Below, piece by piece: positions 51,956-64,000 of a stretch of DNA of 64,000 nucleotides. The position numbers and the translations under genes are program-made. This stretch comes from Mobula hypostoma (lineage: Eukaryota), in contig NC_086108.1 in the NCBI RefSeq assembly GCF_963921235.1, forward strand, positions 23,436,001 to 23,500,000, in the 5' to 3' direction. Position 1 is the first letter of the stretch. Each line of letters begins with the position of its first letter. Under the pieces are notes generated by a model. The model was not told where the DNA came from and did no database searches. It worked only from the letters and a program-made list of their open reading frames with translations.

Positions 51956-54555
51956 TCATCCTGGCACCATCCTCATAAATTTCCTCTCCAATCTTTCAAT
52001 CTTATTGATGACCAGAACTGCATATTAGGCCTCACCAGTGTGTTATACAACTTCAACAAAACATCCCAACTTCTGTACTCAGTACTTTGATTTATGATGA
52101 CCAATATGCCAAAAGCTTTCTTAATGACCTTATCTAACTATGACACCACTTTCAAGGAATTATGTTCCCAGATCCCTCTGTTCTGCGCACTCCTCATTGC
52201 TTTCCGCTCACTGTGTAAGTTCTACTCTGGTTTGGCTTCCCAAAATGCAACATCTCACATTTGTTTGCATTAAAATCCATCTGCCATTTTTCAGCCCATT
52301 TTTCAGGTTGGTCCAGATCCTGCTGCAAGCTTTGAGAGTCTTCCTGACTGTCCGCTACATCCCCAGTCATTGTGTCATTCACAGCCTTGTGTATCCAGTT
52401 CACTACATTATCGTCCAGATTGTTGATAAAGATGAGAAACAACCACAGACCCAGCAACGGTCCTTGTGGCACACCACTAGACACAAGCATTCAGTTAGAG
52501 AGACAACCATCTACCACTACTCTTTGGCTTCTGCTAATCCAATTTGCTACCTCATCTGAATGTAACCATATAACCATATAACAATTACAGCATGGAAACA
52601 GGCCATCTTGGCCCTTCTAGTCCATGCTGAACTCATACTCTCACCTAGTCCCACCAACCTGCACTCAGCCCATAACCCTCCATTCCTTTCCTGTCCATGC
52701 AACTATCCAATTTAACTTTAAACGACAACATCGAACCTGCCTCAACCACTTCTGCTGGAAACTCGTTCCACACAGCTACCGCTCTCTGAGTAAAAAAGTT
52801 CCCCCTCATGTTACGCCTAACTTTTGCCCTTTAACTCTCAACTCATGTCCCCTTGTTTGAATATCCCCCATTCTCAATGGAAAAAAGCCTATCCACGTCA
52901 ACTCTATCAATCCCCCTCATAATTTTAACCACCTCTATCAAGTCCCCCCTCAACCTTCTATGCTCCAAAGAATAAAGACCTAACTTGTTCAACCTTTCTC
53001 TGTAACTTAGGAGATGAAACCCAGGCAACATTTTAGTAAACCTCCTCTGTACACTCTCAATTTTATTGACATCTTTCCTATAATTCGGTGACCAGAACTG
53101 TACACAATACTCCAAATTTGGCCTTACCAATGCCTTATACAATTTCAACATTACATCCCAACTCCTTTACTCAATGCTCTGATTAATAAAGCCCAGCATA
53201 CCAAAAGCTTTCTTCACCACCCTATCCACATGAGATTCCACCTTCAGGGAACTATGCACCATTATTCCTAGATCCCTCTGTTCTACAGCATTCTTCAATG
53301 CCCTGCCATTTACCATGTATGTCCTATTTTGATTAGTCAGACCAAAATGTAGCACCTCACATTTTTCAGCATTAAACTCCATCTGCCATCTTTCAGCCCA
53401 CTCTTCTAACTGTGCTAAATCTCTCTGAAGGCTTTGAAAACCTACTTCATTATCCACAACGCCAAGTGGCTGAACCTTCATGGCCAACTTCCCATGCTTG
53501 ACCTTGTCAAAGTCCATGTAGACAATATCCTTTCCTTCATTAGCTTTCCTGTTAACTTCCTCAAAAAACTCAATAAAATGGGTTAGACATGACCCACCAT
53601 GCACAGTGTCATGTTGACTATCCCTAATCAGTTCCTGTCCATCAAAATACTCATACATTCGGTCCATTAGAATACCTTCCAATACCTTACCACTAATAAT
53701 GTCCAGCTCACCAGTCTATAATTTCCAGGCTTATTTAAGAGCCTTTCTTAAGCAACAGGATAACATTAGCTATGATCCAATCCTCCAATCCTCCAGCATC
53801 TCAACCATTGCTAAGGACATTTTAGATATCTTTGCTAGGGCCACTGCATTTTCCGCACCAACCGCCCATCCAAGGTCTGAAGATTTATCTACTTTAATTT
53901 GCTTCAAGACTGCAACACCTTCTCTGTTATCTGCATACAGTTCATGAGCTCATTGCTGTTTTGTCTCACTGCTATATATGCTGTGCCCATTCCTGAGTAA
54001 ATACAGATGCAAAAAATTCATTTAAGATCTTACCCAGTATATTCAGCTCCATGTACAGATGATCACTCTGATCTTCAAGAGGACCAATTTTGTCCCTCAT
54101 TATCCTTTTGCTCTTGATATATCTGTGAAGCCTTTGGGATTCTCCTTCACTTTGCCTGCTAAAGCAACCTCATGCCTACTCTTGGTCTTCCTAATTTTTT
54201 CTTAGGTGTTTTCTTACATTTCTTATACCCCTCAAGTACCTGTTAGTTCCTTCCTGTCTATACCTGCTATGCATCTCTTTCTTCATCTTAAGCAGGGCCT
54301 CAATATCTCTTGAAAGCCAAGGTTCCCTAAACCTGTTATCCTTCTCTTTCATTCTGACAGGCTCATACAAACTTTGTACTCTCAAAACATCACTTTTGAA
54401 ATCCTCTCACTTACCAAGCACACTTTTGCCTGAAACCAACCTGTCCCAAATCCATATTTCCCAGGTCCTTTCTGATCCCATCAAAAATGGCCTTTCTCCA
54501 ATTTAGTATCTCAACCCAAGGACCAGACCTATCCTTCTCCAGAATTATTTTGAAA
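51956..54555 (-). mobile_element. Older CR1, split by a younger CR1
   Basis: SSGVPQGPLLG (52194-52490), IRDSQH...SCLTHFIEFFEEV and REPWLSRDIE. The halves rejoin as ctcatctgaatg|ccaagtggctgaacc. Confidence 0.8.
52563..53460 (-). mobile_element. Younger CR1 3' fragment with an (ATATGGTT)n tail
   Basis: Tail taaccatataaccatataac. LYKALVRPNLEYCVQFWSP and WAERWQMEFNAEKCEVLHFG. Confidence 0.9.
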
Positions 54556-54878
54556 GAGTCTACCATCTTCTCTTGATGCTAGATGTCCTGCTCCACATGA
54601 CGGGTGGGTGAACAATTTTGTGCTTTATGAGAGTCCAGCGTCAGAGCCTGACTAGTAGTTCTGGTTTTCATGTTTTTGCTAGAGTCCTGAACTTCAGAGG
54701 TTATACAGCAGCAGTTTGCTGTGGAATTACTGATATCTCCCACCAGGTTGAGACAAAGTAACTTCAGAAGTAGCTGAAGAATATCATGTAATGTAATATG
54801 GAACACAGATTTTTATTGTGTATTTTGATGCCTTTTGCACAGCATGATCCCAACTGTGAATGTGCTTTGCTGTTTCAG

Positions 54879-54988
54879 GTTCTGAGTGCATTCCATCTTG
54901 TGTGTTACCTCCCAGTGATGCCGTGGTTTTGCCCAGCAATATAACTGCAGATACAATGGAGCACTGGATGGAACCACCTAGAGTGCAG
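54879..54988 (+). CDS. PAPPA2: Pappalysin-2 coding exon (last CCP module)
   Basis: Acceptor tgctgtttcag| and donor CAG|gtgaag. G+GT gives Gly, then [36 protein letters not shown]. NITADTxEHWMEP is PAPPA2-like rather than PAPPA-like. 110 bp. Confidence 0.93.
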
Positions 54989-55346
54989 GTGAAGATTGAT
55001 TTTAGAGATGAGTTGTCGTGGCTGGCAGTGATTGTCCAAGGGATGGTTTTGGACCTCCTCCATGAACCGGGCCTTGATATATCGAGGGATCTTTTATCAA
55101 TTCATTTAGCTGTGTGATTTATGCTTCATGGCCCCTCTATCAAAGAAAAACATCTCTCTTTCCTCCTCTCTGGACCCTTGGTGATTTTGAATGTTTCCGT
55201 TAAATCGTTCTTCACTGTTCTTTATGCTATGGAGAACAGTCTTAACTTGTGTGTTTTATCTACAAATTTCTTATCCCAGCACAAAATCTTCCCTGCATGC
55301 TCACCAAAATGTTAATATTCTTTCTCAAAGCTGCAAGCAAATCTCT

Positions 55347-55565
55347 ACAAAATGCTGGAGGAATTCAGCAGATCAAGCAATTTCTATGGAGGGGAATGAT
55401 CAGTCAATGTTTCAGGCTGAGACCCTTCATCAGGACTAAAACTGCATCTCAGTCCTAAATGTCACTGTTTATTCCTCTCTGTAGCTGCTGCCTGATTCAC
55501 CGAGTTCCTCCAGCATTTTATGCGTTGGTCTGGATTTTCAGCATCTGCAGAATCTCTTGTGTTTG
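55347..55565 (+). mobile_element. ~220-bp fold-back mini Penelope element with TSD
   Basis: Left arm 55347-55437 (hammerhead CUGAUGA...GAAACAUU on the minus strand, 55402-55437) and right arm about 55449-55565 are inverted terminal-repeat copies. Flanks are AGCAAATCTCT (55336-55346) and AGCAAAACTCT (55566-55576). Confidence 0.75.
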
Positions 55566-56715
55566 AGCAAAACTCTAATTGTAGCCTGAACTACACTATA
55601 TAATTGCAACTTCACTTCCTTCCTTTTGAACTACTTTCCTCTTGTTCCTGAAGCCAGGGATCCAGCTTTCTTTCAAATCGCTTTATCTGTCCTGTCCCAC
55701 TGGTCTTACAGTCATTTATACACAAGTTTTTCCTTTTCAGTGTTACACCCTGATTCCCATCTGCTTGCAAAGTTAATTTACCTGTTTACACCATCCCCAG
55801 TTGCATTGGTTAACTATCCTGTGAAGATGATGATTTTGAACCTGTCGATCTGAAACCTTTTTTCCATCAGAATTGGCCCCAATTGTTTACTGTGTGTTTC
55901 AAGTCTCCTACAAGTGGCCTTGATTTCAAATAACCACTTGAAAAATTCCTAGGAGGATCCATCACCTGTCTGCTTTTGAGGCCAGGAATAACTAACATTA
56001 TAAGTATTCTTGGAATCATTAGCCTTGTTGAGTCTGTATACGTGCATGGTGTTTAAGAGTCTGTATGCATTTATAGTGTTAGACTGTAAGACATTTAACT
56101 CCGTACAGGAGCAATACAGATTAGTGCCATGAGTGTATTTTTGGGCACCTATTTATACCCGTCCTGCTAAGTGTTGCTGCCAGAAATTCAGATCAGCTTT
56201 GTTCTTTGATTTCCCATGAACCTTACAGATTTCTTAGAATTATTTGCAGATTTTCTTCTGTTCCTTACCACCCTTGCTCCTTCTAGCTAAAATACACGAC
56301 CTACATGCCATCATTCGATAATTACTTGTAGTGTTCAGAAAATCAGGAGTCCAGCTCTTTGAGTAAAAGGTATTAGGACTTCTGATCTTTCACTCTTCAA
56401 CTAATGTGTTGGAGATTTTTCTGAATATTGTTCTGAAATGCAATGCATAGGATTGTAAAAGACTGACAACCTTTAGGAATCTCAGGCTATTCTCCTGGGC
56501 ATTGCTGTGAGCAACTCAAGCACAGGATTAATGGTCCATGGGCAAGAACTGAGTCTTCTTTTGCTCCCTTCCCTTGAGTATTTTTTGATTGATAGCCATG
56601 AACAATTTTAGAAAAAAGGAGGAGTTGGGATAGTGACAGACAGGAAAAGGCTGTTCGACAAGTCATTGGTGTTGCAGGTTTGTGTTCAAATGATGAAGTT
56701 TCTGAGGGTAAACTC

Positions 56716-57490
56716 AGAAACATAGAAAACCTACAGCACAATACAGGCCCTTCAGCCCACAATGCTGTGCCAAACATATACTTACTTTAGAAATTACCTC
56801 AGGTTACCCATAGCTGTCTATTTTTCTAAGCTCCATGTACTTATTCAGGAGTCTCTTAAAAGACCCTATCGTATCTGCGACCACCACCATCACCGGCAGC
56901 CTTTTCCACACACTCACCACTCTCTGTGTACAAAAACTTACCCCTGACATCCCCTCTGTACCTACTTCCAAGCACCTTGAAACTGTGCCCTCTCGTGATA
57001 GTCATTCCAGCCCTGGGAACAAGCCTCTTACTATCCACACGATCAATGCCTCTCATCATCTTATACACCTCTGTCAGGTCACCTCTCATCCTCCGTTGCT
57101 CCAAGGAGAAAAGGCCAAGTTCGCTCAACCTATTCTCATAAGGCCTACTTCCCAATCCAGGCAACATCCTTGTAAATCTCCTCTACAACCCTTCTATAGT
57201 TTCCACATCCTTCCCATAGTGAGGTGACCAGAAATGAGCACAGTACTCCAAGTGGGGTCTGACCAGAGTCCTACACAGCTGTAACATTGCCTCTCAGCTC
57301 TTGAACTCAATCCCATGGTTCATGAAGGCCAATACACCGTACGCCTTCCTAACCACACAGTCAACCTGCGCAGCAGCTTTGAGTGTCCTATGGACTCGGA
57401 CCCCAAGATCCCTCTGATCCTCAGCACTGCCAGCAGTCTTATCGTTAATACTATATTCTGCTATCATATTTGACCTACCAAAATGAACCA
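56716..57490 (-). mobile_element. CR1 3' fragment
   Basis: Tail agaaacatagaaaac; MLPGLGSRPYENRLSELGLFSLEQRRMRGDL. Confidence 0.9.
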
Positions 57491-58229
57491 AATCATTGAT
57501 AGCCTCGGGTCTGTGCCCAGATTATAGTGATCCCTGTAGTTCAGGACTAACTTAAACCTGACTGTGTGAGGCAAATCTCTTGACTGACCTGACCTGTGTA
57601 ACTGAGTCTCAGTCAACCCAGGATAAAGGAAATTACTACTTTCTATGACACAGCAGGACAGTGGCACTTGGAATGTGAAATAAGCACAATATAAGTTACA
57701 TGAGCACAGCATTATAAATCATTGTAGTAGGAGCCATCTTTATACTATACTTCCAAGGCAATAAGGAGAGGCCCTTATTCAGCATGTGTGGGTGTTTGTT
57801 TTAAATAATGTTATCCATAATATTTTCATAGCTCCTTTATGGAATTCAAATGGGCCAGCCTGTTTTACTGTCAGATGTGTCCTTTGATCTTATTTCAGCT
57901 TCCCTTCCTCCATACCTCTGCGCAAGCTGATCCTGATTGATGTCAGCCTCACTCTTCAGCATTGGCTTTGGGGTTTGCCAGGACTCTTTGGACCCAGATC
58001 CCGTTTCATCCATGTAGGAAAAAAAGATTTGATGTCAGAAAGCTTTTGACATCAAGGCAGGGTTTGACTCTATGGCATCCAGGAACCCGACAGAAATGGT
58101 CAATGGGAATCACATGTGTAACTCTAAATTGGCTAGAGTCCTGGGAACACTGAGAGAGCCTGACTGCCTTCCTATAAGTATTGAGAATAGAAGAACAAAT
58201 CAGAGTCTGGGCATTTTGGGATTTGCCTC

Positions 58230-58690
58230 CTGACTCCTCACAGTCTTCCTCATTTCAATAAGACACAGGTCAGGAATATGATGGAGTACTTCATACTTCC
58301 CTGGATGATTACAGCTTCACCCGAGCTCAAAATTCCAACCATCATCCAGGATAAAGTTGACTCATTATCTAACACCCCATGAACTAGCTCAAAGTACGGT
58401 GTAGCAACATTTCAAAGCTTCTTCAAATGTGCTGGACAAACCCACTGTGACCTCTACCATCTTAAAGAATAAGGGCAGTAGTGCATAAGAAAACACCAAC
58501 AATGTGTTCCTCTTCAAACTGTCATTGGGTTTAAATCCTGAAACTCTCGCACCTATAGCACAGAAAGAGTACCTTTTTCTTGGATGGCAATAGATCATTA
58601 AGGCAGTTCATCGCTATCTTCAAGGGCAGGAGGGATGGATGAGAAATATTTATCTTGCCAGCGATGTCTATACCCGTCCATGAACAGTAA
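58230..58690 (+). mobile_element. Ancient LINE 3' relic (CR1-group, different lineage)
   Basis: aggtcaggaatatgatggagtac (QVRxxMEY) and atccaggataaag (IQDK). The 3' end cttgccagcgatgtc...ccatgaac resembles a recalled shark LINE tail. Confidence 0.45.
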
Positions 58691-58939
58691 CAGAATGTTC
58701 TTAGCATAGTAATATGCCTTCCTCATGGGTCAACTTGGTACATCCCTAGTACATCCTTGCAAATTTCATTTTCCATTATAAATTCTCCCTCGCAGAAACT
58801 GAACTGCAAAATTTATAATTGTTTTCAAGCAATTTTGGACATTCCAGTGGTGATAGAAGATGACTTATAGGTACAGGTATGTCTTATTTAATGTGATGTG
58901 TAACTTTTGTTTTAATAATACAAGCATGTTTTCCTGCAG

Positions 58940-59011
58940 AGTATTGTGTGCACAGGACTGCTGCGATGGTATCCAGATCCCCACCTCATCCATTGTATTC
59001 AGTCATGTGAG
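58940..59011 (+). CDS. PAPPA2: Pappalysin-2 coding exon (end of last CCP, start of LNR3); not in the ORF track
   Basis: Acceptor ttttcctgcag| and donor GAG|gtaagt. Translates [24 protein letters not shown] (72 bp, phase 0/0); recalled PAPPA2 is [24 protein letters not shown]. Confidence 0.93.
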
Positions 59012-60434
59012 GTAAGTTGCAATATTTCAGTACAGACATAACCATCCCATCTCTGATGTCCCTTTGCCATTCTGCTGCCTTTCTTTTAAGTTGCTTTGGC
59101 TGTACACCAACAATGCCAGTTCCCTTCCAGAGATTTAATCTACACAGGACTCCTTTTCAATCTTGATCCTTCCTTGCTGCTGGTAGCAAGGAGAAAACAC
59201 GAATATGAACATATAACCTAGGAGTCTTGAGTGAGACCAGCAATACAATGGAAACATAATTTCCCTGAAGGGTCAGAGACAGAAGGATACACTTGGGCCT
59301 TTTCCCTACAAACTAATAAAACTGGGTTAAGGTATCCAGAAGTACAGTTAATTAATTCAGCTATATTAGTCAATACAAAATGTGATTTATTAGTATTTTA
59401 CATAACATGGTGATTCTTTATTTGCTATATTTTCTTTTGGGACAAAAGAAAATATTTAAAAAATAATGTAATCAAGGATTTGATCTGATTTACCTGCAGG
59501 AAGATTGAACAATTCTAATATTACCATTCTTTGTTTTTCTGGGCATTAAGGAAATGAGCTTGCTGGGATGAATGGCCTTATCTTATGCCGTGGTTTCTTT
59601 CTTCTTTTTTCTCTCTGTCTCTCTTTCTCTTTTCTAATGCATCAGAAAACTAAAATATTAAGGACGGAAGCTATCACGGAATATGTTTAAAAATTTCATA
59701 ACACCTCAGTGTGAAATTTGTTTCTTTCGAATTTGTTATTAATCCTTTCAATAGAATATGACGATAAAAATAACTGGGATTAATTGAGGTCTTTGTAATT
59801 TTCTATTTTTAAGTGCATTGATATATTCTCCCAGTTTCACCCTCTTTCAGCAAAGTATTCTTTCCTGGGATTGTGATTTGGTCACTGAGACTTGTTGCAA
59901 TGTCTATTACTCAACTTAGTGCTCTCGTTTACCCACAAATGCTGTATCTATACCATGATACTTCCTGGACTCAAAGGCATTCAGGAAGGATACTCAAAGG
60001 ATTGGTAGCAACTACAAGAGTGTCAAAATGTGCTTTAAAGTGGAGCCCAATATTTAACAGCATGTTTGAATAAATCTTGAGGACTATTTTTCATATTGCA
60101 AGGGTCATTCTGCTCCATTTAGTAACAATGTCACATCTGCTGTTCTGCAGCTGAAGAATGCTGCTTTTCAGCACTTGGCACAGGATGCGTCGAGATGTTA
60201 TTGCTTCTGTTCTCTTGCTTTTTAATTTTTTCTTCTGCTAGAGTCTTGAATTTTCCAGGAAATCTTCACAAAGACAGTAATCAGATTCACATAGAACAAA
60301 GTGCCGCCATAGTTCAGATTCCTGGTTCCAGCAATAAAACTTCTTTTTACTTTTAGTGGATGTGATTTGGACATGATGGCTTGGACAAAGGGAGCTTCAC
60401 CTCTCCTACACTAAACAGAATAGATTTGGCGTCA

Positions 60435-61062
60435 TACACACAGGAGAGTCTGCAGATGCTGGAAATCTTGAGCAACACACATAACAGGCTGGTGGAACCC
60501 AGCAAGCCAGGCAGTATCCATGCAGGGGATTAAACAGATGGTGTTTTGGGCTGAGACCCTTCATCATGACTGGAAAGGAAGTGGAAAAAATAAGAAGGTA
60601 GAGAGAGGGGAATGAGTACAAGCTGGCAGGTGATGGGTAAGATCAGGTGATGGGGAAAGTGGGTGGTGGGGAGAGTAGGAATAAAGTAAGAAGCTGCAAA
60701 GGGATAGGTAAAAGAGACAAAGAGTTGATGAAGAAGGAATCTAACAGGAGAGTACAGTGGACTATGGAAGAAAGGGAAGGAGTAAGAGAAGCAGAGAAAA
60801 AGAGAGAAGGCAGACAGATTACCAGAAGTTTGTGAAATCCATGTTCATGCTATCAAGTTGGAGGCTACCCTGACAGAATATGAGGCGTTACTCATCCAAC
60901 CTGAGTATGGCCTCATCGCAGCAGTAGACAGGTGAAGGTGGATGGACATTTCAGAATGGGAATGGGAAATCAAATTGAAATCGGTAGCCTCCAGAAGACC
61001 CTGCCTTTTGTGGCAGACAGAGCAAATGTGCTTGACGAACCGTCCTCAATCTACTCAGGTCT
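60435..61062 (-). mobile_element. Older Penelope-like 3' fragment (terminal repeat + GIY-YIG C-terminus)
   Basis: 60435-60575 is homologous to 5491-5625 with a decayed hammerhead core. 60840-61060 is homologous to 5938-6160 (ttggaggctaccc...ccaacctgag). Confidence 0.8.
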
Positions 61063-61482
61063 CTCTCTTCTTGGAGCCGTATCAAGTCGTTACTTGAGAT
61101 CTATAGCAGAAGAAGCCTTTTGGTCCATCGTACCCTTGCTAGCTAAAAATGGAGTTATTTCAGTTGCTTTCATTTTCCAATTTAGTCCACAGTCTTGTAG
61201 CCTATGACTTCACACGCTCATCCAGGATGAGGTTGTTTTCTTGTCTTCTTCTGTGTTTTGCTTAACACACTTTATAAAATATCCCAAGAGTGATCATTAA
61301 ACAAATATCATACCAACTTACGTAATGGAATATTATAAAACCAGAAAAAGAGAATTTGATCAGGAGAAGTGTTGCCATAAATTTGAGAGACTCCATTTCT
61401 AATTAGGATAGCTTTGTGCTGGTTTATGCAGCAAAAAACAGATGTTATATTCATTATTATTGGTGAATATGCAGAGCAATGT

Positions 61483-63537
61483 AACTTTATACTTTATTGT
61501 CACCAAACAATTGATACTAGAACGTACAATCATCACAGCGATATTTGGTTCTGTGCTTCCCACTCCCTAGATTACAAATATTAAATATTAAAAATAGTAA
61601 AAATTAGTAAATATTAAAAATTTGACTTATAAATCAGAAATAGAAAATTGAAAAATGGAAAGTAAGGTGGTGCAAAAAAACCGAGAGGCAGGTCCGGATA
61701 TTTGGAGGGTATGGCCCAGATCCGAGTCAGGATCCGTTCAGCAGTCTTATCACAGTTGGAAAGAAGCTGTTCCCAAATCTGGCCGTACAAGTCTTCAAGC
61801 TCCTGAGCCTTCTCCCGGAGGGAAGAGGGACGAAAAGTGTCTTGCCTGGATGGGTCGTGTCCTTGATTATCCTGGCAGCGTGCGGTGTAAAGTGAGTCCA
61901 AGGACGGAAGATTGGTTTGTGTGATGTGCTGCGCCATGTTCACGATCTTCTGCAGCTTCTTTCAGTCTTGGACAGGACAACTTCCATACCAGGTCGTGAT
62001 GCACCCTAGAAGAATGCTTTCTACGGTGCATCTATAAAAATTAGTGAGGATTTTAGGGGACAGGCCAAATTTCTTTAATTTTCTCAGGAGGTAAAGGCAC
62101 TGGTGGGCCTTCTTGGCAGTGAACTCTGCTTGGTTGGACGAAGTCAGATCATTTGTGATATTGACCCCAAGGAACTTGAAGCTTTTGACCTGTTCCACTT
62201 GTGCACCACCGATGTAAATTGGGTTGTGCGGTCCGCTACTCCTTCTGAAGTCAACAACCAATTCCTTAGTCTTGCTGACATTGAGGGATAGGTTATTGTC
62301 TTCGTACCATACCACCAGGTTCTTAACTTCCTCTCTGTACTCAAACTCATCACTACCTGAGATACGGCCTACAATTGTTGTGTTATCAGCAAATTATATA
62401 TTGATGGAAACTTCGCTACACAATCATGGGTGCACAGTGAGTACAGCAGGGGGCTGAGTACACAGCCTTGTGGGGCACTGGTGCTCAGAGTGATTATAGA
62501 GGAGAGCTTGTCCCCTATTTTTACAGCCTGGGTCCCATCTGTGAGGAAGTTGAAGATCCAGCTGCAGATCTGAGTGTTAAGGCCCAGGTTCCAGAGCTTA
62601 GGAATCAGTTTATTTGGAATGATGGTATTAAAGGCAGAGCTGTTGTCAATGAAAAGAATCCTTACATATGTGTCTTTATTCTCCAGGTGTTCTAAGGAGG
62701 AATGTAGGGCCAGAGAGATGGCATCTGCCGTTGACCTGTTGCTCCGGTAGGCGAATTGCAAAGCGTCGAGGTTTGTGATTGATGTGTGCTATAACCAATC
62801 TCTCAAAGCACTTTATAGCAATTGATGTCAGAGCCACAGGTCGATAGTCGTTCAGGCATGCCACCTTGCTCTTCTTCGGCACTGGGATTATCGTTGCCTT
62901 CTTAAAACATGAGAGGATCTTAGACTGAAGCAAGGAGCAGTTGAAGATGTCAGCAAACACTCCAGCTAGTTCGCTTGCACAGGCCCGGAGAACCCGTCCT
63001 GGGACGCCATCTGGGCCTGTCGCCTTCCTTGGATTTATCTTCAGGAAGGCCCTTCTAATGTCCTCCTCTGTGACAATGAATCTCGATGCCACCAGGTCCG
63101 GTTCATCTTCTGTGGGATGCTCCTCTTCTGTTTGAATCTTGCGTAGAATATGTTAAGTTCGTCAGGAAGAGAAGCGCCACAGTTATTGATATTCCCAGCC
63201 TTTTCTTTGTGCCCAGTGATCTCATTTAGACCCTGCCATAGTCTACTGGCATCCCTCTGGTTAGCCTGTTCTTCCAACTTGGCTCGGTAATGCCTCTTGG
63301 TGCCCTTAATGGCTTTCCGGAGTTCACGCCTGGATTCCGTGTAGCGACTCGTATCCCCGGACCTAAAAGCTGCAGCGCTAGCCTTTAAAAGGGACTTGAC
63401 CTCATAATTCATCCAAGGTTTCCGGTTAGGGAATACCCGGATCATCTTGCGAGACACCAGTCCTCCATGCATTTCCAAATAAAGTCTGTGACAGCTGAGG
63501 GATACTCATCGAGGTTAGCTGCCGAGTCCTTGAATAC
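61483..63537 (-). mobile_element. 5'-truncated Rex1/Babar-clade LINE
   Basis: [58 protein letters not shown] and LNVSKTKELVVDFR; tail aactttatactttattg. Confidence 0.9.
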
Positions 63538-63599
63538 ATGGGTATTATAATGAGACATAAATGAATGCATTTCTTCTGGCTTGCTCAGAGGAGTAAAGG

Positions 63600-63900
63600 A
63601 AAAACTTGCATTTATTTGGTATTTTGTACAATTTCAGAGTGCCCCAAAGCAAGTTATAGCCAAGGAGGTGCTTCTGAAGTGGCAGCTAATTATTATGTAG
63701 CAAGATTACACAAATAACAACAGAAAATTGAGCAGATAATATGGCCAGCACTTGGGTATCTTTATTTGGAATGCCTGAAGTTTGACTATTGGTCTGGGCA
63801 CTTGGGATAATTCCTCTATCATTCTTCACGTAGGGTGATGGGATTGCTGAAGTGGAGCCTCAGTTCAGCAGTTTATCTGCAAAGGCTGCATAATTCAATG
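63600..63900 (-). repeat. Ancient DeuSINE-like (SacSINE1/AmnSINE1-type) relic
   Basis: Ordered blocks aacttgcatttat, agccaaggaggtgcttctgaagtg, gcagctaatt, cagataat, tattggtctgggcacttgggataattcc, atgggat and gcctcagtt match the recalled reverse complement of the Deu domain and tail. Confidence 0.5.
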
Positions 63901-64000
63901 ACTCAGGTTTCTTTGAGTAAGTGGCAAGTAGAGGGAGACAGCTTTCACCACTCAAAAAATGATCTGTTCCATCCATTTTCAGTTTTTATTTTTGATACAT

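Noticed and set aside
3237..59011. Calling the gene PAPPA or a complement CCP protein
   Set aside because: [19 protein letters not shown] and HCIQSCE fit PAPPA2 better, although some motifs are PAPPA-like.
59012..64000. Next PAPPA2 exon (LNR3, expected to start PFxxDxxCD)
   Set aside because: I could not find it by eye; it probably lies beyond the window.

Overview
This is eukaryotic (vertebrate) DNA. The repeat content points to a cartilaginous fish, probably a ray (inference). The window lies inside one large + strand gene, pappalysin-2 (PAPPA2). Five coding exons (3237-3450, 4873-5041, 30685-30817, 54879-54988, 58940-59011) splice in frame through canonical AG/GT sites and encode CCP/Sushi modules up to the start of LNR3. 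Two of these exons are absent from the ORF track. The introns (about 1.4, 25.6, 24.1 and 4.0 kb) are packed with nested retroelements: CR1 subfamilies, Rex1/Babar, a young L1 with a TSD, a Tx1-like relic, two decayed Gypsy LTR elements, an R4-clade RLE fragment, and L2 and DeuSINE-like relics. The most interesting signal is a Penelope-like (RT + GIY-YIG) family whose terminal repeat carries a minimal hammerhead ribozyme. It has inserted three times as a fold-back structure, twice with a visible TSD. The only fully intact ribozyme core is antisense to the host gene. No prokaryotic features, CRISPR arrays, tRNA or rRNA genes are supportable. Family assignments come from recalled motifs, not database searches.
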